This document shows, in pieces, positions 1 through 12,124 of a DNA stretch of 64,000 bases. The notes beneath the pieces were generated by a model that did no database searches, was not told the origin of the DNA, and was given only the letters and a program-made list of their open reading frames with translations. Every line of letters begins with the position of its first letter. The stretch's first letter is position 1. The DNA is from the human T2T-CHM13v2.0 reference genome, Homo sapiens, in NCBI RefSeq assembly GCF_009914755.1, contig NC_060947.1. The stretch is one strand, 5' to 3'. A program made the position numbers and the translations under genes.

Positions 1-119
1 AGCTACCTATTTACCTGAACCCACAGGCACCCTACCCTAGATCATTCTTGTATACAAGTTATGGAGCAAGTTTACTCCAGCTGGCTGCATTTAAAGGATG
101 AGCCTCTATGTAATCCTGA

Positions 120-1770
120 GGTAGAATGATTTACAGATGGAAGTAGCTTTGTGCACCAGGGAAACAGGAAACCTGGATATGAGTCAACACGAGGTAATTG
201 AATCTCAGGCCTTACCAGCTTCTACCTCAGCTCAAAAGACAGAATTAATAGCTCTTATTAGAGCCCTGAAATTGGGAAAGGACTTAAGAATCAACATTTA
301 CAATGATTCTAAGTATGCCTTTCTGGTACTTAATGCTCATGCTGCTGATCTGGAAGGAATGAAAACTCCTAACTGCTAAGGGTTCCCCTATAAAACATCA
401 CTTAGAAATTCTGAATCTATTCGATGCTGTTTTGCTTCCCAAGGAAGTAGCTGTAATCCATTGCAGAGGGCATCAAAAAGGAGACTCTACTGTAGCTAAG
501 GGAAACTCCTTTGCAGATGCAGCAGCTAAGGCAGCAGCATTAAAGGAGCCATTTGGACTTGTTGGGATGTTAGTGCCTTCAGCCATAGTAATGACAGAAC
601 CAAGATATACTACAAAGGAACAAGAATGGGCTAAAGGTCAGGGTTTAATTTGAGATTCTTCTGGCTGGCTTATCAATGACAACAAACTGTTGATACCTGG
701 TATTAATCAGTGGAAAATAGTTAAGCATTTATATGACCCTACTCATTTAGGAAGAGATTTCCTGTTTCAATTGATGTCTTGGCTTTTTATTAAAAAAGGC
801 TTACTTAAAACAGTAAAGCAGGTAACTTAGGCCTGTGAACTAAGTGCCCAGAATAACCCAAATAACCAATCTTTGCCTCCTCCTTTAGTAAGGCCTGTTC
901 AGCATTGGGGAACATACCCTAGTGAAGATTGGCAAATAGATTATACTCAGATGCCCCCATGTAAATGGTTTAAATATTTGCTAACACTTGTTGACACCTT
1001 TACTGGTTGGAACGAGGCTTTTCACACCGGGTCTGAAAAGGCAATTGAGGTTTCTAAACTCCTATTAAAGGAAATAATTCCTAAATTTGGGCTGCTTAAG
1101 AGCTTACAGAGCAATAATGGTCCATCTTTTATAGTGAAAATTACCCAAAACATATCTTCAGCCCTAGAAATTCAGTACTGCCTTCACTTGGCATGGAGGC
1201 CACAGTCTTCAGTGAAAGTAGAAAGGCTAATTAAACTCTTAAAAGGACTCTTGCTAAACTATGCCAAGGAACATCAGGAGCTTGGCTATCTTTATTGCCT
1301 GTAGCCTTGTTACGGGTTTGAGTGGCTCCTAAGGGAAATCTGCAGCTCAGCCCTTTTGAAATAATGTATGGAAAGCCTTTCGTAACTACAGACCTCCTAA
1401 TAGGTATAGATACTTTCAAGCTACAGAATTATGTAATCAACTTAGGACAAGTGCAAAAGGTGCCCTTGAGTATGGAAATCAAAGACTTCCTTCCACTACT
1501 AAGGAAGAGACTCTTGTTACAACCCTGCTGGGGGATTGAGTCCTATTAAAAACTTGGAAGGAAGGATCCCCAGCAGATCAACTTTCCCCAAAATGGAAGG
1601 GGCCCTATCAAGTTCTCCTTAGTACCCCAGCTGTAAACTACTAGAAATAAACAGCTGGGTCCACTTATCTCAAATTAAACCTGTCTCTTATGAAGTCCCA
1701 CAGGCTGACAAAACACCAGAGACTGATCCCATTTATTCCTGTGAGCCAACCAGTGACCTCCAACTCCTGT
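120..1770 (+). pseudogene. pol: Decayed ERV pol: RNase H and integrase
   Basis: ORF fragments TSAQKTELIALIRAL...NIYNDSKYAF and VAVIHCRGHQKGD...GNSFADAAAK (RNase H); WQIDYTQM...LVDTFTGW...SLQSNNGPSF...AWRPQSSVKVER (integrase core); SPFEIMYG; multiple stops and frameshifts. Confidence 0.93.
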
Positions 1771-1788
1771 TTAGAAGAATCGAAAGGG

Positions 1789-3056
1789 ATGCGTAACACA
1801 AAGATATGGATTGGCATTCTACTTTTGGGTATAAGTTGGAATCATGCAAAGAGTAACTTATTTACTGAGTGGGCAAAGACTTTAGCCTCTCTACATAGTC
1901 AGACAAACTGTTGGGTGTGTGGAGAATTGCCACTTTCCTCCACTTCCGGGTTGCCCTGGCATATTCAACAAGCCAACCTAAGTTTATGGGGATTTTATTA
2001 TGATTGGTAAACTGAACATTATCAACATAGTCCCTGTTTTCCCATGTATCATAGCCATACAGAACTTAGCCCTTCCCCTTCTACAAAGAGACAAGATGGG
2101 ACCTTTTTAATCTAATCAGAAAACAGCTAAACTCTACCTCAGCCTTAGGTTATGCTATACGTGATGAACTTGGGTGAATGACAGCTGTTCAAGTGTGGGT
2201 ATCAGGCAAAGTGTCTCCATGTTTTAAAAGACACAATAATAGTCACCCTCAGACTGAAACCCATGATATGGGATGGCTGCCACTTCAACAATGAAACCAG
2301 AATCTTCTTTGTATGGACCAGATGTAGATTGGATGGCAAGATAATTTTCCAAAAATAAGTGGCTACCCTTCTCCTTGGGGATGGTTATGGGCTTGTGGAA
2401 CTCATGGCTGGTCATACTTACCTTGTAACTAGACTGGAAGGTGTATGTGAAGTCACCCTTATCTCCCAGGATGTATCCTCACTAAATTGGATGCTCTCCC
2501 ATCTAACTGGGAAATTATAAAAGCTCACCATAGGCAACAAAAATGGGCATCTTGGTGGTTCTATCTGATGGCTATATTTTCCCCACAGGCAGCTACAATC
2601 AGTATTGAGTTACAAGTTGAAGCTTTGCCCAAGCACATGGCTCCAGCTTTCAATAATACATGCCATGTCCTTACCCTCCTAATTGAGGAAACTTATCAGA
2701 TTAGGCAGGTAGTCTTACGAAACCATATGGCTTTGGACATTTTAATGGCAGCCCAAGGGAATACTTGTGCTTTGATCAAAATTAAATGTGTGTATGTTCC
2801 AGACTATTCACATAATATTACCCAGCCTATCAAAGCTATAGACACTCATATCTCTGCTGCTGATGTGCTGTCAGTCGAACCTATATTGGCTTGGTTCCAA
2901 TGACTGCCCAGTTCTTGGAAAACCTTCCTGTTTAGTTTACTTAAAATAACTTTACTTATTTTGCTTTGCTGTTGTGGAGAACATTGTGGTTGTACTCTTC
3001 TTATAGGAATGCAAGACAAGCTTACTCAACGTTTTCTTAAATTGGACATTTGTTAA
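1789..3056 (+). pseudogene. env: Decayed gamma-type env (SU + TM)
   Basis: Signal-peptide-like MRNTKIWIGILLLGISW; SU CxxC motif NCWVC; degenerate basic cleavage site HRQQK; ISD-like LRNHMALDIL followed by C-x6-C; hydrophobic anchor near 2920-2975; interrupted by stops. Confidence 0.88.
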
Positions 3057-3271
3057 TCTTCCAGATATCACCTTTTGTCGGAACGTATAAATGACCTTCA
3101 CCATACCAATGCTTTCTGACTGAGCCCCTCTCTACCCTGAATGCAAAAGACCAATCATTAGGCAGGAATATCATTGCTTCTATTCAGCCTGAAGAAGTTA
3201 CAGAAGACGGATCTCTGTCCTTCTGCAACCCTTAGGATTAAGAGTCCTCTTGTAAAGGGAGGGAAGAAATA

Positions 3272-4112
3272 TGTAGGAGGCATTCGAACCAGAGTGAGGG
3301 TTAGGAAAATGAGGCTGGGCACTTGGCGGCCTGCAGTCCCAGAAAGTTAAGTATTCCTAGCCTCTTAATGTTTACAGTTAACAGAACAGATTTATAATGT
3401 TTATTAAATAGACCCAGGCTTGGGAGTGTCCAGATATCCCAGTATCTTGAGAACAAATGCATTCCTAATTTTGCTTTAAAAATAATAATATCGATTCTTG
3501 TAAAATATACTAATTAAGAAAATTAATCATTTATCACAAAACCTTGTAGCAGAGCACATCTCCACATAATTTTTTTATCCTATATATGTATATATGTGTA
3601 TATATCATATATATGTATATATATGTGTATATATCATATATATGTATATATGTGTATATATCATATATATGTATATATATGTGTATATATCATATATATG
3701 TATATATATGTGTATATATCATATATATGTATATATATGTGTATATATCATATATATGTATATACGTGTATATATCATATATATGTATATATATGTGTAT
3801 ATATCATATATATGATATATATGTGTATATATCATATATATGTATATATATGTGTATATATCATATATATGTATATATATGTGTATATATCATATATATG
3901 TATATATATATGCACTGTAACTAGGGTGGACACAATCCTCCTCTTACTTTTTGGAATGCCCCATTCTGTCTATTGAGTAGCTGTTCTTTTAGCACTTTAC
4001 TTTCTTAATAAACTTGCTTTTGCTTTGCACTGTGGACTCGCCCTGAATTCTTTCTTGCACGAGATCCAAGAACCCTCTCTTGTGGCTGGATCGGGACCCC
4101 TTTCCTGTAACA
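3272..4112 (+). mobile_element. 3' LTR, MER41 family (MER41D-like)
   Basis: Starts TGT after the PPT and ends ...gatcgggacccctttcctgtaaCA; AATAAA at ~4007; MER41-type R/U5 'gccctgaattctttcttgcacgagatccaagaaccctctc'. Confidence 0.88.
3581..3911. repeat. AT-rich minisatellite, ~11 units of 27-29 bp (catatatatgtatatatatgtgtatatat), inside the LTR
   Basis: Anchor C at 3606, 3635, 3662, 3691, 3720, 3749, 3776, 3805, 3833, 3862, 3891. Confidence 0.97.
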
Positions 4113-4519
4113 GTAGCAATCAGCTATTTTACATAGACTACAAAAGACTTTAACAATTATTAATAACAAGTCTTTCATTTTGAGGAATGTAAGGCAGAAA
4201 ATAAAACAAATTATCTGCTCCAAGATCAAGCATCTAGTAAACAGAAGAACCAATACTTGAATCTCTCTATTTGATATTGTTACCACGATACTCGGATGTC
4301 TCTATGACATCTTAGGGTATTCTCTTAGAGAATAGAGCCTAGAACAGCTGCCTAGGAAAAGGTATAGCATTTCACAGTCATAGTTGCTGCATATCTTTGA
4401 AAAGACAATGATGATATCAGCAAAGTGGAGTCATCTCCTACTCTGGTAATTCTCTGAAAAGTCTGTTTCCAGTTCAGAGAATAGATGGGCCTCAGTAATA
4501 AACTTTGTCCGAATTACAG

Positions 4520-5303
4520 AGATGTGAAGAAAAGGGAACCCTTATACACTATTGGTGGGAATGTAAATTAGTACAACCCCTATGGAGAACAGTTTGGCGT
4601 TTCCTCAGAAAACTAAAAATAGGGCTACCGTATGATCCAGCAATCCCCACTGCTGGGCATATACCCAAAGAAAGGAAATCAGTATATCAAAGAGATATCT
4701 GCACTCCCGTGTTTATTGCAACACTGTTCACAATAGCCAAGATTTGGACGCAACTTTAGTGTCCACAGACAGATGAATGGATAAAGAAAGTGTGGCACAT
4801 GTACACAATCAGCCATAAAAAAATGAGATCTTGTCATTTGCAACAACATGGATGATACTGGAGGTCATTATGTTAAATGAAATAAGGCAGGCAACAGAAA
4901 AATATTGCCTTTTCCCACTTATTTGTGGGAGGTAAAAATTAAAACAATGGAACTCATGGACATATAGAACGGAAGGATGGTTACCAGAGGCTGGGAAGGC
5001 TAGTGCAGAGGGTGAGAAAGTAGGGATGGTTAATGGATACAAAAAATAGTTAAAATTGAATAAGATCTAGTATGTGATAGCAAAACAGGGTGACTACAGT
5101 CAAAAATAATTTAATTGTACATTTTTAAATAACTAAAAGATTATAATTTGATTTTTTGTAAAACAAAAGATAAATGCCTGAGGTGATAGATACTCCATTT
5201 ACTCTGATGTGGTTATTATGCATTCTATGCTGATATCAAAATATCTCATATACCCCATAAATACATATACCTACTATGTACCCATGAAAATTAAAAATTT
5301 TAA
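4520..5303 (+). mobile_element. 5'-truncated L1MA (L1MA1-4-like): ORF2 C-terminus and 3' UTR
   Basis: ORF 4505-4759 resembles the ORF2 C-terminus ([13 protein letters not shown]...YDPAIP); L1MA-type tail 'ccccataaatacatatacctactatgtaccc...aaaattaaaa'. Confidence 0.9.
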
Positions 5304-6277
5304 ATATAGAATATGAGAAGTGAGCCATACCTCCTTCCAGGAAGTAATTCCTTTTCAGCACAGTGGTGACATAGCAGTGAAATCAGGTGTTGAAATGTAC
5401 ATGTGCTCGAAGGATTTTTAAGTGGAACAAATCCACTCTGTTTTCACATAAGTACCACATGCTAACCAATTGTGCCACTGGAGCTCTGGAAAGCCACTCT
5501 ACCTTTACATTTCAATTGTGTTAGCCACAGCTAGTATTATTTCAAAGCCTTCCTGAAAATCTGCTAAATGATCTGTGAAAACTGTTGTTGAAAAGATGAA
5601 GTTGACTTCATTGGAGATTTTTTTTCCACTTAGTTTTTAGCCATTCAGATATCAGAGTCAGACAGGTAAATACTTCATGGACCCTCTTACCCCTAATTTT
5701 AGTTGTTTCCCATTGTTTTATTGACATATGTCTCAGAGCCTGCTGTAATCTCTCTATGTTCTAGAATATTTTCATTTCTTTTCTGTCTCCTAGTCAGAGA
5801 AAGGAAATCAGTATTTTCATTCACCTGAGTTTGACATTGAGCACCTGCCAAAATTACTTTATCCCTTCTTACTTTTGGGTGTGGTTGACTTATACAAAGT
5901 AGACATCCAGACAAATTTTCCACCTCAAATATCAAACCCAAAGAAAAAGTTGTAAAGTTTCTTTCCATTTTGGGTTTTTGTAAGTAATCAAGACATGGGA
6001 TTTTTATCAACTTGACAAGCTCTGGTTAATTATGTCTCATTTTCCAAGACCAGATTCATACAAATAATCTAATGAAAGGCTGCCTGATATGCCGTGGCTA
6101 GCATTTGGATCCTGTAATGTCAGTACCAAAGTGGAACTTTGTAATCTTTTAGACAAAAATGAGTTTGAGAAATGCCCATTTGCATCATTTTACTATTCAA
6201 ACTTCAAATAGAGAAGAAGAATACATGTGAAGTGGCCAAAGATAGAATTATCAACTATAATAGCGGGAATAATAATC

Positions 6278-6510
6278 AGTAATAATAGCTGACATTTATC
6301 ATGTACCATACAGGATTCTTGGCACTTTACATGCATTCATTATTTTAATTCTTACAACAACCCTATGAGGTTGATGCTATTCTTCCATTTCGCTGATGAA
6401 GAAATTCTGTCTCAGAGTGGTTAAGTAACTTGCACAAGGTTATTGGACTGAATATGTTGCTATGCCCATATTGCACCTTGGCAGCCTGCCTCCAGAACCA
6501 TACTTCTAAC
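6278..6510 (-). mobile_element. MIR SINE
   Basis: Reverse complement of the MIR core: 'cttacaacaaccctatgagg...gttaagtaacttgcacaagg'. Confidence 0.8.
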
Positions 6511-6589
6511 CATTAAGTAGCATTAATAAAGCATCATCATTGAATATTTGTGCCCATATTCAAATTCTGACTTGCATTTTAAGTCACTA

Positions 6590-6795
6590 TGCAGATGTGG
6601 TGTAGAAAGAAGTTGTAGCAAGACTGGATGGCTGATGACCTAGATTCTGGCCCCAGTTTTTCTATTAGCTAGTCTTATACCTAATCATACAAGAAGTCAG
6701 TTTCCTCACTTGCAAATTCAACACATATTGAGCACTTAGTATGTGCCAGGCACTGTACTTGGTGTTACAGAAACAGCGATTAACAAGATAGACAC
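6590..6795. mobile_element. MIR fragment (+) adjoining an L2 3'-end fragment (-)
   Basis: 'cagtttcctcacttgcaaa' then 'attcaacacatattgagcacttagtatgtgccaggcactg'. Confidence 0.65.
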
Positions 6796-7779
6796 CTATT
6801 ATGGCAACTGAGAATGTCAAACTAGACAATCCCTAAGGTCCCTTCTGGAACTAACTATAATCAAGGCCACCAGTATTCTAGATGCATTCTGTTCCATAAA
6901 GGTGCTGACTAAATAGCCAGTCAATAAAATGAAAACAATGTTTCAAGCCTGGACACAAAACTGACTAAAAACTGAACTGCTTTGTAAGCACAAAACTTTC
7001 TATGTCATCTCCTAGTTGTTAATGCAAATAATTATCTCTAGGGCAAGACTGTTAGAATGTATCTTCCCTGCTCAGTAAAGGCCCTGGAACAACAACAACA
7101 AAAGCCTTAATAGTATTTGTGCCCTCTTCCTTTCTCCTTACCTTCTGGCTTGGCAAACAGTTGCCTTTACTTACAGGGATTTGTAGCTTTAAAGAATAGT
7201 GTGCAATCATACCTGGAAAGTAGCATTTAGTAACAACAACAACAACAAAAAACATGAGATAAATGGGCAAACAGGAATCATGTTGCTGAAAACCCACACC
7301 CATTGGCTTTCAACAGAGGATCCAAGGCTAGGACTCAACTGTTCCCACCTTTATTCCAGCCAAACTTTTCAGTAGAAGCTGGATATATGTGGTCTAGAAC
7401 CTTACTTCCCCTTTTTTCTTGGGAATGAGGTTGTCCACTATAATCCAATACCATTCTCTGCTCCTCCAGCCCATAAGATTTAGGGTAGGTCCCCCTCATG
7501 AGAATATTGTATGTGATGTCCTACAGTTACATTGATATAACTAAAATAAAATCTAAGTCTGGAAGCGGCCTAAGATGGAGTTGAAGATGCAGGGAAGGGC
7601 CAGACCATGGTTGACCATGTCCTACCACATGTTATGTACATGAAAGAAAGTACCAGACTCACTGAAAATTCTGATTTATTCAGTTTTGTCATCAATTTGC
7701 ATAAAAGAATCAGAATGCCATTTTTAAATTTCATCTCTGTATCCCTATTCATATAATCATACAATGATATCACCTATTC

Positions 7780-7855
7780 ACATCCTCTCATTTTACAGAT
7801 GAGGAAACTAAGACCATAAAAAGTGATGTGCTCACGATCACTCTGCTTGTTAGAA
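7780..7855 (-). mobile_element. MIR fragment
   Basis: 'cattttacagatgaggaaactaag'. Confidence 0.6.
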
Positions 7856-10800
7856 TAAAAGAGGATATTGCTGTTTCTTAAAACAGATGAGTCTTAATTC
7901 TATTAAGAGTATAATCCCAGGTTTAGGTTTAATTGGAGTTTTATGAATACTTATTCAGACTTCACTGTTGTTGGTATGAGGAGAATGCATCTACTATCAG
8001 TGTTCCACACTATAGATAACATCCTACTTTGATGGGGAGGAATAACAGAGAAGACTGATGATTCCTAAAACTGGGTGTAGTCACTGAAAGAGAGCAACTA
8101 TTTTTAGAAGAAAAGACACTGTAAGTATTCTGCATAGAATGAGATATAATGTTGTGCATCTCCTAGCCCCTGATCTATGGTAAATAGCAAAATGTCCCAG
8201 CTGCCAGCCTGAGGTATGTTTACTCATGCTGCAGCTACCAGAAGATTCTGCCAATAACTGACTTCTCTCCTCACTACTGAATTATGAGCAATATTATATC
8301 CTGGCTAGTTGGGATGAGTGCAGCAAAAATATTTTGCTGCAAGTAAAATAAGGGCATTTGAGGTGCCAGCTTTATGAAAGATGAAATACACAGCAAGAGT
8401 AGTCAACCTTTAGCTATCCTTGGATACGTCAGGTAATGTGAATGACCTAATTCCAACCTATTTACAGTCAATATCCTTCTCTGCTTTACTGAGGGAGAAG
8501 TTCAATTTTTCTATTATTCATTTGCAACTTGGACTAGAACTCTATTCCCCTTTCAGCTACACTGGACTGAGTAAATGAAAACGCCTGAAAATCCTCAAGC
8601 CCCTGAGCAGTAGCATTCTCCAGACCCATATGACCCTTCAAGCTTCTCTGCTAACTATTGCTAAGCTACCAATATGCTATTTTTGCCATATTCTCTGTTC
8701 CACTTCTCATTATCTACTTCTCCCATTGTTTGGGTTCCAAGCATTTCTTTTCATCTTTTGTTGAGCCGTATCAGCTAAATCTAAGTATGCAATTTTCTTC
8801 TTGTCTCGCTACTTTTACACACTAATGAATGTAGCCATATTCCTTAAATCATTTCCTCAGAAGCTGACTTTTTTTTTTCTCCAGAAGATCCAGCAAGAAA
8901 ATAGATAAGAGAGAGTTTCTTTCACATGCATTAAATAACTCAATACTGAGGAGGTGCCGAGTGCAGTTAGATAGTAATACAGATTGAACTGTGCCAATTT
9001 CTTTTTGCCCAGGTTTTTCTGGGAGCTTTCTGATGCGCTGGAACTTTTCTGAACTTGGCCTTAAGATTTGAATTAACCTTATTCACAGACCTTGAAGACA
9101 AGACAGAGCATTATAAAATATCAGCTGAAGGCAATTTACTTCAATAGTTCTGTTTGGTTCCATTCAATTTACTTACTTTGGAGTCGGATAACACTAAACT
9201 GAAGAGCACCAGTGTGCATAGGACATTATCACGGCTTCTTCCTCATCATATCTCAATAGGGTAAACAGCAATTTACTAGCTTTGCTTTTGGCTTTAGTGG
9301 AAGCAGATTTTGATTCGGAGCAATCAGAAAGGCAGACAACTGAGAGACCATCTGTGTGCTTAGCACAACAGCACCAAAATTCAGATGGTGGATGCAGATC
9401 TGAACATTACTAGAAGAGCTGTTTAATTTTTTTAAAGTTAGTCAAGTATTTGAATATTCCATCTATCTCTGCTGGCAATATTCAGACTGAAGCCAGGTTA
9501 TACTTTGAACATAGTGGCTCCTCAGAAAAGCCCAAAGAGGTTGCCTTGGTCAATACTGAATGCAAATGTGGCTCCAGCATCACGGAATTAGGAGAATCAT
9601 TCATGTATTTATATCATGGAGACAGAGCATGCAAAGCTAATATGGTGGCAGGAAATAAGATGATCTCTAGCATTATTCATTTATTTAAGAAATAACATTT
9701 TTTATTCTGTACCTTGTGGAAATTCTACAAAATTTTAAAAAGTATAAAAAAGTAGAAGCACCCAATATTCAAAACCTCAGTAAATAGCCACAAATAATAT
9801 TTGGAAATACCTCCTTCTTTTTCTATATATTTTATACCTAAATGATATTACATTAGAAGTAGAAGTTTTAATTTTTTTTATTTTTCATTTTTGTGTTTGA
9901 ACAGCCGGTGTATATATGTATAGGGTACATGAGATGTTTTCATACAGGCAGGCAAAGTGTAATAATCACATCATGGAAGATGGGGTCTCCATCCCCTCAA
10001 GTATTTATCCTTTGTGTTACAGACAACCCAATTATACTCTTTCAGTTATTTAAAAATGTACAGCCAAATTGTTATTGACTATAGTCACCCTGTTGTGCTA
10101 CAAATACTAGGTCTTATTCTTTATTTTTGTACCCATAAATCATATCCACATACCCACTACTCCCCAAATATCCTTCCCAATTTCTGGTCACTATCCTTCT
10201 ACTCTCTATCTCCAAGAATTTAATTGTTTTGATTTTCAGATCCCACAAATCAGTGAGAACATCAGTTTTGTCTTTCTGTGCCTGCCTTATTTCACTTAAC
10301 ACAGTGACTTCCAGTTCCATCCATGTTGTTGCAAATGACAGAATCTCATCTTTTTTTTATGGCTGACTAGTTCTCTGTTGTAGATAAGTACAATATTTTC
10401 TTTATTCATTCACTTGTTGATGGGCACTTAGAGTCCTTCCAAATCTTGGTTATTGTGAACAGTACTGCAACAAATATGGCAGTGCAGATATCTCTTCAAT
10501 ATACTGATTTCTTCTCTTTTGGGTATATACCCAGCACTGAGATTGCTGGATCATATGGTAGCTCAACTTTTAGTTTTTTGAGGAACCTCCAAACTGTTCT
10601 CCATAGTGATTGTACCAATTTACATTCCCACCAACAGTGTAAAAAGGTGCGTTATTATCCACTTCCTCGCCAGTGTTTATTATTGCCTGTCTTTTGGATG
10701 TAAGCCATTTTAACTGGGATGAGATGATATCTCATTGTAGTTTTGATTTACATTTCTCTAATGATAAATGATTTTGAGAACATTTTCATATGACTGTTTT

Positions 10801-11715
10801 TCATTTGTATGTCTTCTTTTGAGAAATGTCTATTGACATCTTTTTTTCCATTTTTAGGTTGGATTATTAGATTGTTTCCTATAGAGTTGTTTGAACTCCT
10901 TATATTCTGGTTATTAATTACTTATCAGATGTGTAGTTTTCTAATATTTTCTCCCATTCCGTGGGTTGTATCTTCAGTTTCTTGATTGTTTCCTTTGTTG
11001 TGCAGAAGCTTTTTAACTTGACGTGATCCCATTTGTCTATTTTTGCTTCAGTTGCCTTGATTGTGAAGTATTACTCAAGAAATCTTTGCCCAGTACAATG
11101 TCCAGGAGATTTTCTCCCAAAGTTTTAACTACTTTCATACTTTGAGTTCTTAAAGTTTTCCAATTTCATTCTTTTGCATATGGATATCCAGTTTTCCCTG
11201 TACCATTTATTGGAAAAGACTGTCCTTGTCCCTGTGTATGTCCTTGGCATCTTGGTCGACAAAGTTCGTTGTAGATGTGTGGATTTGTTTCTTGGTTCTC
11301 TATTCTGTTTTATTGGTCAATGTGTCTGTTTTCATGCCAGCACCACATCATTTGGTTACTATAACTCTGTAGTATATTTTGAAGTCAGGTAATGTGATTC
11401 TTCCAGTTTTGTTCTTTTTATTCAAGATAGCTTTGTGGTTCCATATAAATTTCCGGATTTTTAAAAATATTTCTCTGAAGAATTTTTATTGGTATTTGGA
11501 TAGGGTTTCCATTGAACCTGTAGATTGCTTTGGGTTGTATGAATATTTTAACAATATTGATTCTTCCATTTCATGTACATGAAAATTTTTTATGTCCTCT
11601 TTGATTACTTTCATCAATGTTTGATAGTTTACATTATAACAATTTTTCACTTATTTGGTTAATTCCTAGGTATTTAGTTTTATGTGGGGCTATGGTAAAT
11701 GGGATTACTTTGTAA

Positions 11716-12124
<409 letters not shown>

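Larger units (their letters stand above)
1..3271 (+). mobile_element. Class I (gamma-like) ERV internal region, 3' half (pol + env), MER41-associated (PRIMA41-int/MER41-int-like); continues left of the window
   Basis: Colinear RNase H, integrase and env remnants, then a polypurine tract (aaagggagggaagaaa, ~3254-3269) abutting an LTR at 3272. Confidence 0.9.

Noticed and set aside
3581-3911. Regular ~29-bp periodicity resembling a CRISPR array
   Set aside because: The units are contiguous with no unique spacers, there are no cas genes and the context is primate.
3586-3976. Three overlapping Tyr/Ile/Cys/Met-rich ORFs
   Set aside because: Artefacts of the stop-free TA-rich minisatellite.
8318-8341. 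Palindrome tgcagcaaaa-ata-ttttgctgca
   Set aside because: 10-bp arms with a short loop are expected by chance about once in 64 kb of AT-rich DNA, and there is no supporting context.
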